DNA from: Octopus sinensis
Lineage: Eukaryota
DNA: 64,000 nt
Direction of reading: 5' to 3'
Assembly: GCF_006345805.1 (NCBI RefSeq)
Contig: NC_042998.1
Location: 57,970,001 to 58,034,000 of the forward strand
The position numbers were made by a program, and so were the translations under genes. Positions within the stretch are counted from its first letter, which is position 1. Each line of letters opens with the position of its first letter. The notes under the pieces were generated by a model that was not told the DNA's origin, made no database searches, and saw only the letters and a list, made by a program, of their open reading frames with translations. Shown in pieces: positions 11,582 to 23,480 of this stretch.

Positions 11582-11962
11582 TTTTTTTCAATTGCGGCTA
11601 TGCTAGGAGCATCAGCTGAAAGAAATCAGTCGAACAAATCGATCTCATTATTTATCTTTTAAAAGTATTACACGTTATATGACCCTGATCTGCCGAACCG
11701 CCAGTTCGCGGGGTCATAACAAACTAATACCGGTTGTCAAGCGGGAGCAATGAACACAAACACATACACACATATACGTATATATGTATAAAGATTACGG
11801 GCTTCCACAGAGTGTCCATCTTCGAAATTCGTTAACACAGTATTGGTTCGCGCGGAGCTTCTTGGGTAAGAAGACACTCGCCCAAGGTGCCATGCAGTAG
11901 GACTGAACCCAAAACAATGTGAATGCAAGGTCAGATCCTGAAACTCTCAACCATACCAACGA
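11582..11962 (-). mobile_element. Old family B SINE (CORE-like, internal microsatellite)
   Basis: Reverse complement of GGGTTCAGTCCTACTGCATGGCACCTTGGGCGAGTGTCTTCT and CTTGACAACCGG segments. Confidence 0.75.
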
Positions 11963-13347
11963 CATTTTATTTCTTTATTTTCTTACAATCTGCTTGTCTT
12001 GCGATCCTTGCTGGCGTTTTTCTTGTCTCCTTTCTTCAAATATTCTAATTCAGATTCTGATGTTTTTTTTATTTTTGGCTTTGAGAATGTATCTTTTTGC
12101 GTTAACTAATCTGCTCGAATCTAAATACTACTTTTAAATCTGAGATATCTTCCATCCAAATTTTATACACTTATCTTCTTTTTCGTATAAAAAACACTAT
12201 TTCTTATTTATTAATTAGTGAAATTATTTATTAATTACTACAAAACATGTTTAGCTATAAGAGAACATTTACCGATGAAAGTACATTCAAATTATTATAT
12301 AAAAATGTCATTTGGATGAGGCTTTAAGCTTCGCATGACCGCTTAGACTTTAAAGTCACTGTCAAAATGAAATGTTTTACAATTATTAACTGTAAATTGT
12401 TTTATATATATATATTTTTAAATTGGAGAAATACACAACATAGGTTTTCACTACAAGAAATGTAATAAGTTATATAAACTTTGTAGTGCATTATGTATTA
12501 TTTATAAGTTGAATGTCCTATTATATATCATAATTACTGATTGTGTCGATAAATAATTTATTCAAGTAATGTGAGATAAGATCCACACTTTCAGCTAGAT
12601 ATGTTATTTCTTTATACAGGAACGGAGGTAGGCCGTTGTGTTGCTATGGTGATGTGTTTGAATTGTTTACTGGTTGTTTTCATTCGCTGCTGGGTTCTGG
12701 GGAAGCCTGTTTGATCACTCTCAGTAAATATGCACTTTTGTGTCTGTGTGAGCATTTGTAGGATTTGAAGTCTGTGTATGTATCTGTACTTACTGGGACA
12801 CATATACGAATAGAAATTGTACTCATTGGAACGTATATGTATGCGTGTGTATGCGTATATGCTTCTACGTATGGTTGGTTATGTCGTTATGTACGGGTTT
12901 CTGTTTTACATAAAATTGAGTTGATTCGTTTAACATAATAGAGGAATCTTCAACGTTGAGGCTGAATCTTTACACCCAAAGAATCAATTATTCTGCCGTT
13001 GCACCGTATAAATACGCGCGCGCGTATGTATGGGTGTATGAGTTTTATCAGTGTTTTGTATCGAAATTTTTTTCTCGCACTGTGCTTCTTGAACACCCAA
13101 CACTTTTTCACTTTTTCTTTCACTTTTGCTTGTTTCTTCATACTTTCCTCCTTGGAACACTGTCTCACATTCATACCTTTGAACACAATTCTATTTTACT
13201 CTCCATATTCCACTTGCCTTCCATTTTGCATCGAATTCACTTGCTCTTCCACCTCCTCACAACGACTCTTTCTTCACACACAGCCAACAACTAATCTACG
13301 TCTCCATTCTTCCCAATATTTTTCTAAGCCTCCCCCCCCACACTCAC

Positions 13348-13384
<37 letters not shown>

Positions 13385-13563
13385 AACACATATATGATAT
13401 CTCTAAACATGTATATACTCCAATAATTACACATCAGCCCTTCCTCCATAATTCCGCCATAGATCGCATTCTCAGCTGTTTTCTGTCTTACGCCAGTTTG
13501 TTTTACTGTTTTACATTTTTTTCTCATTTGGTGAAGATTCCTCTCATTTCCTAATTTCTCTTT

Positions 13564-13599
13564 CTTCTGATGGAGGGCTAAAGTCCGAAACATTTAGAG
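13564..13599 (+). ncRNA. Degenerate minimal type I hammerhead-like motif (Penelope-type terminal repeat)
   Basis: ctt CTGATGG a gggc-taaa-gtcc GAAA cattTA gag: core with A9G, 4-bp stem II, weak stem I. Confidence 0.4.
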
Positions 13600-13689
13600 T
13601 ATTATCAGTTCTCTTAAGCGTTAAGCTATTTCAATATTCGTTAAACCTTTGATCCCTCGTCTTTTTAAAACTATTGTTTATTGCATGTA

Positions 13690-13885
13690 CAATTTATGTA
13701 TATATACATATATGCACATGGAGAACTCACAAAAAAAACGAAGACAGGTGGTGCAGACAACAAACAGATGTATTATATAACGCTCGGGAAGTGAAAAAGT
13801 CTTTAACCTTTCCAGCCTACCCTCTTCCAGAGAAAGGAACACAGAAAGAAACAAGGAAAGAAAATAAAGAATGAGTAGTGGCTAC
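13690..13885 (-). mobile_element. Penelope-type terminal-repeat family X copy (diverged)
   Basis: Homologous by eye to 31370-31520, 45290-45420 and 45700-45870 (ACGAAGACAGGTG...GTATTA...AAAGTCTTT...CTCTTC..GAAAGGAACAC). Confidence 0.6.
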
Positions 13886-15563
13886 CGATCTATCATGTAT
13901 ATATTCATACTTACATACATACATACATACACACACACATACATACATACATACATATATACATACATACATATATATATATATACACTTATGTATATGT
14001 GTGTATGTGTGTCAGTGTGTGTGTGTGTCAGTGTGCATGTGTGTGTACGTATATATGTACGTATATTTATGAATACACGATGCATATGTATGTATGTATG
14101 TACGTGTTTTTAAATGTTAAGTTCCAGTTTTCCTTGGCACATTGTGCATTGCTGTTAAATATATACAGATGATAATATGTGGTTTGAGAAACATTTGACA
14201 GTTATTTCTACAGATATCACCCATATTTGTTCCCGTTTCGTATTCATACTCAGAAATACTTTCATTCATCCAATTTTTTTTTCAGTGCATGTATCTAGCG
14301 AATTCATTGTTATTTTGCTTACCTCAAGTTCCGTTGGGCACATCTATTTAAATAACTTTGTCTTAAAGTACATCATCATTAATTACACAAAGGCAGTTTA
14401 AGAAACAGAAATTATACTGGAAACACTTCTTGTACATTTCTTAATCAAATTTATTTCTCTTTGCTGTCAATAAGTATGGAGGAAGCTATTGCATTTATGC
14501 CCATCGGGATTCGTATCTTTTTTTAACTTCATTGCTAGTACTAAATAGACAACTTAATTGGGTACTTAATAGATATATTTAATGAATTTTTCGTAAATAG
14601 CCTGTTATTCATGTTACTGCCTTCTGTTAAGACCGTTTGTGCGATGTGTAAATAAAATCTTTCTCACATTTTTTTTGTCGTTCAATTATTCATTTAATAC
14701 ATTATGCGTTATTTTCATACATTAGCTGCTAAAATCACACATTTGCAGCTGTTTCATTTACGTATTATTCTCGCGTATTTTATGTCAAATTAAGTACTAC
14801 TCAGTCATTTTTCTCTTTACCCCGCCAAAATACTGAGTTTTTTTTTTTAAATAACAATTGATTTAAAACTCGTTATTTTTATTTATCAATTTATTTATTT
14901 ATTCATTTATTCGATTATTTTTACCCTATTATATATTAATTCAAATGCAGATTGTTTCTCAGTTGATTTTTGTATAGTTTTTCATTGAATATTTTTTCGA
15001 TCTCACAGTCAGTCTATATTTAGTTGGTAGTTCTCTATATTTTAGGTGCCAACCTACGTATAAGTAATTTAATTTCTATATTTGTAACTGTGAATCTACA
15101 TATAAGCTGACTTCTTCTTTTGTATATTTTGTTTGTTTTTTTTCATCTCCCACCACCCTCGTTAGTGTGAACGTCTCTTCACCTAACATATTGATTTCTC
15201 TAACGATACTATCTACTCTATATTTCTTACTCATAATTGCTATATTGTTTTCTGTTTTATCTATTCAAAAACATCGACATTTCTCATGTCCTGAATTTAG
15301 CTGCAGAGTATCACTAATGCACACAAAAACACACACGACACAGATGCATATACACACGCATAAATACATACATACCTACATACATACATAAATACATACG
15401 TGCGCGCGCGCGCGCGTGTGGGAGTTTTAAATACCACAAGATTATATACTTCCGCGCAAAATTTACATAGGCCTGAAGAGACACAGATGAATCCGGTATG
15501 ATAAATGTAAAAAAATGGAACATAAAATATAACGTATACGGAACGGCAACTTCAAATGGCATG

Positions 15564-15647
<84 letters not shown>

Positions 15648-15649
<2 letters not shown>

Positions 15650-15806
15650 GTGATCTGATCAATAAGTATCCGAACTGTTGCCATAGCAACAAAGCTAAAA
15701 CACAGAGAGTGAAAATGTTTTCGCTCAATAAACACACACAACGCCCGGTCTGGGAATCGAAACCGCGAGTCCGCTGCTCTAACCACTGTGACATTGCGCC
15801 TCCACA
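15648..15806 (-). mobile_element. 5' part of a third tRNA-derived SINE (family C)
   Basis: Minus strand GTGGAGGCGCAATGTCACAGTGGTTAGAGCAGCGGACTC...GGTTTCGATTCCCAG: A box and B box. Confidence 0.75.
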
Positions 15807-15974
15807 TATATATTATAATTATATACATAATTATGACAAGGGGTCGACTTTATGCCTCACCACTCACCGTAAGAAATAGACGCTAAAGTCTCTTTTACTA
15901 CCTTAACATATCCATGAAAAACACACTTAATGTAGGCAAGCAAAAGGAAACTAATGAATGAATAAGGCTGATTA

Positions 15975-16039
15975 ACTATGGACGCGTTTCGAACTTAAAG
16001 TAACAGATAATTTTACTTACTGTTACTCTTCAGCATAGT
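15975..16039 (-). ncRNA. Type I hammerhead ribozyme motif
   Basis: actatg CTGAAGA [gtaacag...ctgttac + 9 nt] GAAA cgcg TC catagt: 6-bp stem I, palindromic ACGCGT stem III, GUC cleavage triplet. Confidence 0.7.
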
Positions 16040-16145
16040 ATTTCATATAAATTCATGAGTATTTCAAAATATGCACGCGATTAGTGTCATCGTATGTCCG
16101 ATATCTATCCACACTCGTAAAACTATACCGCCGAGTATAATTCAT

Positions 16146-16210
16146 ATTTTGCTGAGGAGTAAAAATAAGAAAAATTATCTTTTACTTTACGTTCGAAACG
16201 CGTCCATAGT
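16146..16210 (+). ncRNA. Type I hammerhead motif, diverged partner copy
   Basis: attttg CTGAGGA gtaaaa...ttttac..GAAA cgcg TC catagt; stem I has a mismatch. Confidence 0.55.
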
Positions 16211-16256
16211 TAATCCGCCTTATTGATTCATTATTTTTCTTTTGCTTGCCTACAAT

Positions 16257-16659
16257 ACTCTTTTACTCTTTTACTTTGTTTCAGTCATTTGACTGCGGCC
16301 ATGCTGGAGCACAGCCTTTAATCGAGCAACTCGACCCCGAGACTTATTCTTTTGTAAGCCCAGTACTTGTTCTATCGGTCTCTTTTGCCGAACTGCTAAG
16401 TAACGGGGACATGAACACACCAGCATCGGTTGTCAAGCAATGCTAGGGGGACAAACACAGACGCACAAACACACACACGCATATATATATATATACGACA
16501 GGCTTCTTTCAGTTTCCGTCTACCAAATCCACTCACAAGGCTTTGGTCGGCCTGAGGCTATAGTAGAAGACACTTGCCCAAGGTGCCATGCAGTGGGACT
16601 GAACCCGGAACCACGTGGTTGGTAAACAAGCTACTTACTACACAGCCAATCCTGCGCCT
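16257..16659 (-). mobile_element. Full-length family B SINE (tRNA head, CORE-like CCTTGGGCAAGT motif, internal (TA)/(TG), (AAAGAGT)n tail)
   Basis: Minus strand A box TGGCTGTGTAGTAAG, B box GGGTTCAGTCCC, GCACCTTGGGCAAGTGTCTTCTACTATAGCC. Confidence 0.92.
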
Positions 16660-17021
16660 AATAAAGTATGTTATTTTCGGAGATTTTAAGGTAGTAAAAA
16701 GGACTTTAGCGTCTATTTCTTACCGTGCGTGGTGAGGCATAAAGCCGATCCCTTGTTATAATTGTGTATATAATTATAAAATATTTTGTAATATCTACCT
16801 ATAAGGTATTTATTTCCGCATTGGCTACCTGGTAAAATTATTATTGATTTTACCCTTTATTTTTAATATATATATAAGTTTGCGTGTGTGTATGCTAATA
16901 TGTCCTTCTAGAAATAGATATAATGAGTTTCCTCCCTCAAGATTTTGTTACTAATATAGCAGCATACAACATTTATTGATTCAATTCTTCACTTTGTCTT
17001 CCTCAACCATAGGATCATGTG

Positions 17022-17024
<3 letters not shown>

Positions 17025-17120
<96 letters not shown>

Positions 17121-17150
17121 ATATCGATCGATCGATAGATAGATACATAG
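17025..17150. repeat. (TCTA)n(TCTG)n microsatellite
   Basis: Directly visible. Confidence 0.95.
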
Positions 17151-17365
17151 CTAGATAAATAGGTGCAACGGTGTTCTTTAACTTATATATGTATATATTC
17201 ACACACGCACATATATATGCATGTATGTATGTGGGTATGTATGTATATATATATATATATATAAAATCAGGGTGAATACTTGATAATTGTAAGCACCTGT
17301 ATATAAAATTTAGTGGTGTAGGTGATAGAGTATATTTATCAAAATAAAAACATGATGCAAAGGAC

Positions 17366-17458
17366 TTAGCGGTACATATGTTTCGGGCCTTTATTAGACG
17401 GTTTATAACAATGCATAATTGATGTAAATGTGTGTCTATAGCCTTCTTCAGCCGTGTA
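17366..17458 (-). ncRNA. Type I hammerhead motif with long stem II
   Basis: cgg CTGAAGA aggc.tagac...gtcta...ggccc GAAA catatg TA ccg; palindromic ACATATGT stem III, GUA triplet. Confidence 0.65.
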
Positions 17459-17708
17459 AAATTACTACTTCAAGGACATGTATTACATTATAAGTTTTAC
17501 GTTGGGGATGCAAATCCTCATAGTCGCGTACGACAGAGCGAGGCACCAAAACAAGATCAAGGCGTCCATCCCGTTTTTCACTCGATGTAGAATTCTACAT
17601 GGACGCTTTGATTTTGTTTTGGTGCCTCGCTCTGTCGTACGCGACTATGAGGATTTGCATCCCCAACGTAAAACTTATAATGTAATACATGTCCTTGAAG
17701 TAGTAATT

Positions 17709-17802
17709 GTACACGGCTGAAGAAGGCTATAGACACACATTTACATCAATTATGCATTGTTATAAACCGTCTAATAAAGATCCGAAACATATGTACCGCT
17801 AC
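17709..17802 (+). ncRNA. Type I hammerhead motif with long stem II (mirror copy)
   Basis: CTGAAGA 17717-17723, GAAA 17784-17787, GTA 17793-17795; stem I cgg/ccg plus gta/tac beyond an internal loop. Confidence 0.62.
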
Positions 17803-17826
17803 ATCCTTTGCATCATGATTTTATTT

Positions 17827-17874
<48 letters not shown>

Positions 17875-18036
17875 GTATGCATGAGTGCCATTATGTTTGT
17901 ATACATTTGCCCAAAACTTCTGCGCATGTTATTTATCGGTATTTGTCTCTTCAAGTGACTAACATTGTAGATTAAGTTTCATTGAAGATATCATGGACCG
18001 CAGGAATTACTGGTTAACGAAAAGAAAAGTAAATGG

Positions 18037-18094
<58 letters not shown>

Positions 18095-18759
18095 TGAGAA
18101 CAAAAAAATGAGGTGGAAGAAGACGAGGCAGCATGAAGACGAAAGAAATTGGAGGATATGAAGAAAGAGTGGAAGGCCATGCTGGAGCACCGACTTGCAG
18201 TGTTAATCGAACAAACCAACGCTATTATGTATTTTGTGTCTGGTAGCTAAACAATTGGTCTCCTTATAACTTGTTCCTATCCATAAGACACTTGGTGGAA
18301 GCTTCAGTGAAGGCGTTCTTAGCGTCGAAGGACGAGTAATGGTATCATTATGGAATCAAATAAACTGGTAGAAAGGTGACTTCAGGCAGTGCAAAACGTT
18401 GGCTTCCATTTTGAATGCTAGGCTGCCTTTGTTGTAACTTGACGTATAAAGCAAATAAGTTACCAAAATATTTCAAAAATTTTCTCTCGACACAATATTT
18501 CGTAATGGTGAATATTCTACCTCACCCGTTCAGTGTTGTTAGTATATTTGAACCTGGGAAGTAAGAATTCAAGACAGAAATCAATCTTATGACCTTGAGA
18601 AGAAACTCATGTCTGTTTTCTTTGGTTCATTTTCTTGGATAATAAATTATATATATATGTGTCTTGTTACTTATCAGATTGGCATAGTTTGTCTCTACTC
18701 AAAAATAGCGTTGTTTGACACACTTACACGCAACCATACACACTCACTCACATAAATAC

Positions 18760-19110
18760 GTACATACATACATACATACATACATACATACATACATACA
18801 TACATACATACGTACATACATACATACATACATACATACATACATACATGTGTACTCACCACACAAACTCACTGACAAACATACACACACAAGCACATAT
18901 ATGCATGTTAGTGTGTATATCGCATACGCGTATGGTTATGTATGTATGTGTGTGTATGTGTGTGTGTGTGTGCGTGCGTGTGTTTGCGTGCGTGTGTTTG
19001 CGTGCATGCGTGTGTGTGTGTATGTGTGTGTGTATGTGTGTGCGTGCGTGCGTGTGTTTGCGTGCGTGTGTGTGTTTTCGTGCATGCGTGTGTGTGTGTG
19101 CATGCGTGGA
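18760..19110. repeat. Compound (TACA)n and (TG)n/(TGCG)n microsatellites
   Basis: Directly visible; source of several spurious ORFs. Confidence 0.95.
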
Positions 19111-19148
19111 GCCTCAAAAACCTCGTGAACCGACAAACGACTCCAAGT

Positions 19149-19189
<41 letters not shown>

Positions 19190-19388
19190 TATCAAGTACA
19201 TCCCTTGCCTGCTATGAAATAAACAATCAATCATTAAACACGACACATGCTGCATTGGACATTATCAAGGAATACAAACAAAATCAAGAAATTTATAAAT
19301 AAAACAGAATTACTGAAACTAAATATTCTAGGCCCCAACAAGTACAGTAGAAATTTAATTTGTTGGACCAAAGGATCATATATATGTA

Positions 19389-19443
<55 letters not shown>

Positions 19444-19868
19444 TATTTTCATAAAAATGTCGCTTTTATAATTCTCAACTTCTCAGTAAAAGGACAAAAC
19501 TAAATCTTATTCTTTTTGGCATCTACTTCGAGTAAGCATCTTTAAAATTATTACCTTCTTTCTGACTTCAGGTTAACATTAAGGAAAGCACATGCGTATC
19601 ACGAAAAAAGCAAAAATTGAATTAAAGAATTCTGCTGTTACATTTATGGAAACAAATCTATTGTTTATGCGTTCAGTACTTTAAGATAGGTGTTCCTTTT
19701 TTCAACATTTCATTAAAGATGTAGTGAAAATATTATGCCAACACTGTTAAAAATACAATTGTTTATTTGATAAAAAGGAACTTATACGAAATGAAATATT
19801 TTGCAAAAATTCGATTTACGAATGGAGATTTATGTCTGAACCACACGAAGATTTAGTCAAGCTCAAAA

Positions 19869-20027
19869 CAGCCTGGCTGAGTGGTAAGTAGCTTGCTTAC
19901 CAACCACATGCTTTCGGGTTCAGTCCCCCTGCGTGGCACCTTGGGCAAGTGTTTCTACTATAGTCTCGGATGACCTAAAGCCTTCTGAGTGGATTTGGCA
20001 GACGGAAACTGAAAGAAGACCGTCGTA

Positions 20028-20115
<88 letters not shown>

Positions 20116-20328
20116 CGTGTGTCATTATTTTGTTCCCCCTCCATCGCTTGACAACTGCTGTTGGTGTGTTTATGCAGCCGAAACTTAATGGCTCAGCAAA
20201 AGAGACCGATAGAATAAGTACTAGGCTTACTAAGAAAAAGTCCTGGAGTCGATTTGCTTGAGTAAAGGCTGTGCTCCAGCATTGCCACAGTCAATTACTG
20301 AAACAAGTAAAAGAGTAAAAAAGAGTAA
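19869..20328 (+). mobile_element. Full-length family B SINE
   Basis: TGGCTGAGTGGTAAG, GGGTTCAGTCCC, CACCTTGGGCAAGT, long internal (TA)n(TG)n, AAAAGAGT tail. Confidence 0.92.
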
Positions 20329-20361
20329 TACATACATACATACATACATACACACACACAC

Positions 20362-20407
<46 letters not shown>

Positions 20408-20419
20408 GTATGTATACAT

Positions 20420-20562
20420 GCGTGGCTGTGTAGTAAGAAACTTGCTTCCCAACCACCTGGTTCTGGGTTCAGTCCCACTGCGTTGCATCTTTGACAAAAT
20501 GTTTTCTACTATACCCTCGGGCCAACCAAACACTTGTGAGGCGAAAACTGAAAGAAGCCCGT

Positions 20563-20599
<37 letters not shown>

Positions 20600-20795
20600 G
20601 TCATTATTTTGTTCCCCCTCCATCGCTTGACAACTGCTGTTGGTGTGTTTATGCAGCCGAAACTTAATGGCTCAGCAAAAGAGACCGATAGAACAAGGCC
20701 TAGGCTTACAAATATTAAATCCAGTGGTCGATTTCTTCGACTAAACGCGGTGCTCCAGTATGGCCACAGTCGAATGACTGAAACAAATAAAAGAA
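20420..20795 (+). mobile_element. Family B SINE, adjacent tandem copy
   Basis: Same architecture as 19869-20328. Confidence 0.88.
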
Positions 20796-21047
20796 CATAC
20801 ATACATACGTTTATACATACATACATATTTCTTCAGTAAGTCATAAATCTGAAAGAGAGGCACACTCTAAGTTATAGAGAGTAGAGTAGATAGATAAAGA
20901 TAGATATGGCCGGTATATGGGGGCTTACCCTGGGTTTCATGTCTATACAGCGCTTAGACCAACGGGTTCTAGGGTCAGAAGAAACAGTGTAAAACTTTAT
21001 GGACGTGAAACTCCGGGGTAAGCCCATAGACCAGCCATATTTACCTT

Positions 21048-21097
<50 letters not shown>

Positions 21098-21115
21098 GCG
21101 GTTTATACATACATA

Positions 21116-21520
21116 CGCAAGCGTTGCTGTGTGGCAGGACGTTGGCTTCTCAACCACATAGTTCCGCGATCAGTCCCACTGCCTCGCCTCTAGAGGAAGT
21201 GATTTCTGCTATAACATCGAGCCGACCAGAGCCTTATGAGCAAACTAAGTAGAAGGAAACTGAAGCTCTGAGAGCATGTGCATGTATTGTGTGTTGTTGT
21301 GTGTGTATTGAGAGCGCGTGTCTTTGCGTTTGCATTTGTCTCACACTGCCGCTTGCCAAACAGTGTTGGTTAGCTTAGATCCGCGTAAATTAGCGGTTTG
21401 ACAAGAGATATCGAGAAAGCACCAGGCTTAAAAAACATAAGTGTCGGTGACAATTTCTTCGATTAAACTCTTCAAGACGGTGCCCCAGAAAGGCCGTATT
21501 TCAATGGATGAAGCAAGTAA
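21116..21520 (+). mobile_element. Old family B SINE
   Basis: GTTGCTGTGTGGCAG head, CAGTCCCACTGC, GGAAACTGAAG, GGTGCCCCAG...GAAGCAAGTAAA end. Confidence 0.7.
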
Positions 21521-21543
21521 ACCTTATTTATATATCTGCAGCA

Positions 21544-21700
21544 GCATTTAACGTCCGCTTTCCATGCTAGCATGAGTTGGACAATTTGACTGAGGACTGG
21601 CGAACGAGATGGCTGCACCAGGCTCCAATCTCTCTATGGTATGGTTTCTACAGCTGGATGCCCTTCCTAACGCCAACCACTCCGAGAGTGCAGTGGAACT
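21544..21700 (-). mobile_element. 3' half of another SINE family containing GGTTGGCGTTAGGAAGGGCATCCAGC (resembles a conserved metazoan SINE central domain)
   Basis: The motif is visible on the minus strand. The domain assignment is from memory and tentative. Confidence 0.55.
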
Positions 21701-21714
21701 GGCAATAGTGTGTT

Positions 21715-21795
<81 letters not shown>

Positions 21796-21949
21796 CATAT
21801 ATATATACATGAGTTTGGGATACATAAATTATGGCTGCCTGCATAAATTTCTACTCTTTGTATTACTAACTGCATTGTTTCTTTATAGGTAAACTGACAT
21901 TTAACTGTTCAAAAGAGACTCCAAAAATAACTAGTAGCAATTTCTGTTG

Positions 21950-22716
21950 TAAATCGACAAAATTTGGTATCGTCGTGCTATCAAGTGCCTGCAAAATAAG
22001 AGTTTAGCCCCCAACGACGTACATGCTGACATGAACGCTACATTAGGGGATGACGCCCCGTCTTTATCACTAGTGCAAAGGGGACAGCTGAATTTAGGAG
22101 TGGGACGGAGAATATTGAAGATGATCCAAAGTCTGCTCGTCCTGCAGTTTCACCACCGAGGAGAACGTTGATCGTGTTCCCAGCATGGTGATAAAGGTAA
22201 GTGGTTAACTTTAAATCAAATAGCCAATGTTATTAGCATATCCCGTGAAAGATACGCGTATATTTTGTACAATGAACTTGGTATGAACTTGCCACGTCTT
22301 CGGACATCCGATCAAAGGCGTATCAGGCTGATCACATCACAGGAAAATTTGAAATTGTTTCGGACAGTTCCAGTTGGTTTTATTGTACATTACTAAACCG
22401 GGATGAGTGTTGGCTTCTTCACTTTGAGCCAGAGTCTAAGAGGCAATCCTTGCAGTGTGAACACTTCCGCTTCATCTGCACGAAAGAAAGACCAAGCTTG
22501 TTTCATCTGCAGGGAGTTTCGTGAGATGCAGAAGGAATTGTGTTTATTGACTTTCCTCAAAAAAGCCACAGTATCAACAGAAAATACTATGCCAACTTGC
22601 TGTGACAATTACGAAAGGCTATCAAGACCAAACGCCTAGAAAAAGGTCTCTACTTTCATCAGAACAACGTTCCAGCATACAAGTCCATCGTTTCAGTGGC
22701 TACTGTGCATGACTAA
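21950..22716 (+). mobile_element. Degenerate mariner transposase (irritans/Hsmar2-like)
   Basis: Remnants DKIWYRRAIK, LGDDAPSLSLVQ, EDDP.SARP, DECWLLHFEPESKRQS, DAEGIVFIDFLQK, YYANLL, FHQNNVPAYKS. Frameshifted. Confidence 0.85.
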
Positions 22717-22769
22717 GTATAAAATGTTCAATTTTGATCGGAGAATTTATTTTACTTTATCTCAACAAA

Positions 22770-23480
22770 AAACAATGCTGTTCATCAACGTATGCACCCA
22801 AATTATCATCACAATTTTGCCATTTTATCGGTAAATTATTATGCCAGCAGCGAGGAATTCTGGAGAGTAAGAGATGATGAAATCACGAAAGAGTGCTTGG
22901 CATCTTTTTCAGATTTGAATTTTTTCTTTACAAAAAGATGCGTATTGCCTGGAAAGCGTGATAGTCAGTTGGAACAAGGTCTGTTGAATATGGTGGACGA
23001 CAGAGTACTTCTAAGTTCAGTTCCTGTAACTTGAGCAGCCTTCTTTGTGCATCATGTGGTCGAGTATTGTCTTGCAAGAGAATTGGAGGTTTCTATTGAC
23101 TAATCTCGGTTGTTTAATTGCAAGTTCCCTCATCATTTCATCCAGTTGGTTGATGTATGCATCCGCTGTAATAGACTTACCAGGTCTCATAAAGCTGCAG
23201 TGGATGACACCAACGCTGGACCACCAAACATACATCATTAGCTTTTTTTTTGGTGAATATGCTTTTTTGGATTGTTTTGTCACTTTGTCTCTATCCAACC
23301 ACTATTGTTGAAAAGAATCCATTTTTCATCATACGTGACAATACGATGTAGAAATGAAATTTGCTTGTTCTGTATTCTATCAGATGTAATAACTTGTTCT
23401 CAACTTTTCCAGGTTTATAATCTTAAGAATATTAATTCCCTTGCTCGTATTTTTGCATATAATCCATGTTTTCCCCAGGT
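22770..23480 (-). mobile_element. Degenerate mariner transposase (cecropia/Hsmar1-like, DD34D)
   Basis: FLHRIVTYDEKWILFNN; KKLMMYVWWSSVGVIHCSFMRPGKSITADAYINQLDEM (ORF 23017..23298); EVLCRPPYSTD...TDYH. Confidence 0.88.

Larger units (their letters stand above)
15805..16790. mobile_element. Fold-back (inverted) Penelope-type terminal repeats with a hammerhead motif in each arm, interrupted by a SINE
   Basis: About 15805-15940 is the reverse complement of about 16660-16790, and about 15940-16045 of about 16140-16255. Spacer about 100 bp. Confidence 0.75.
17337..17831. mobile_element. 495-bp near-perfect palindrome (Penelope-type fold-back) with hammerheads in both arms
   Basis: Arms are reverse complements about the centre GAA|TTC (17592/17593), with a 17-nt asymmetric insert at 17570-17586 and few mismatches. 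Confidence 0.9.

Noticed and set aside
13040-13320. Possible RTE-type LINE 3' end on the minus strand
   Set aside because: Purine-rich and suggestive, but no motif could be read convincingly.
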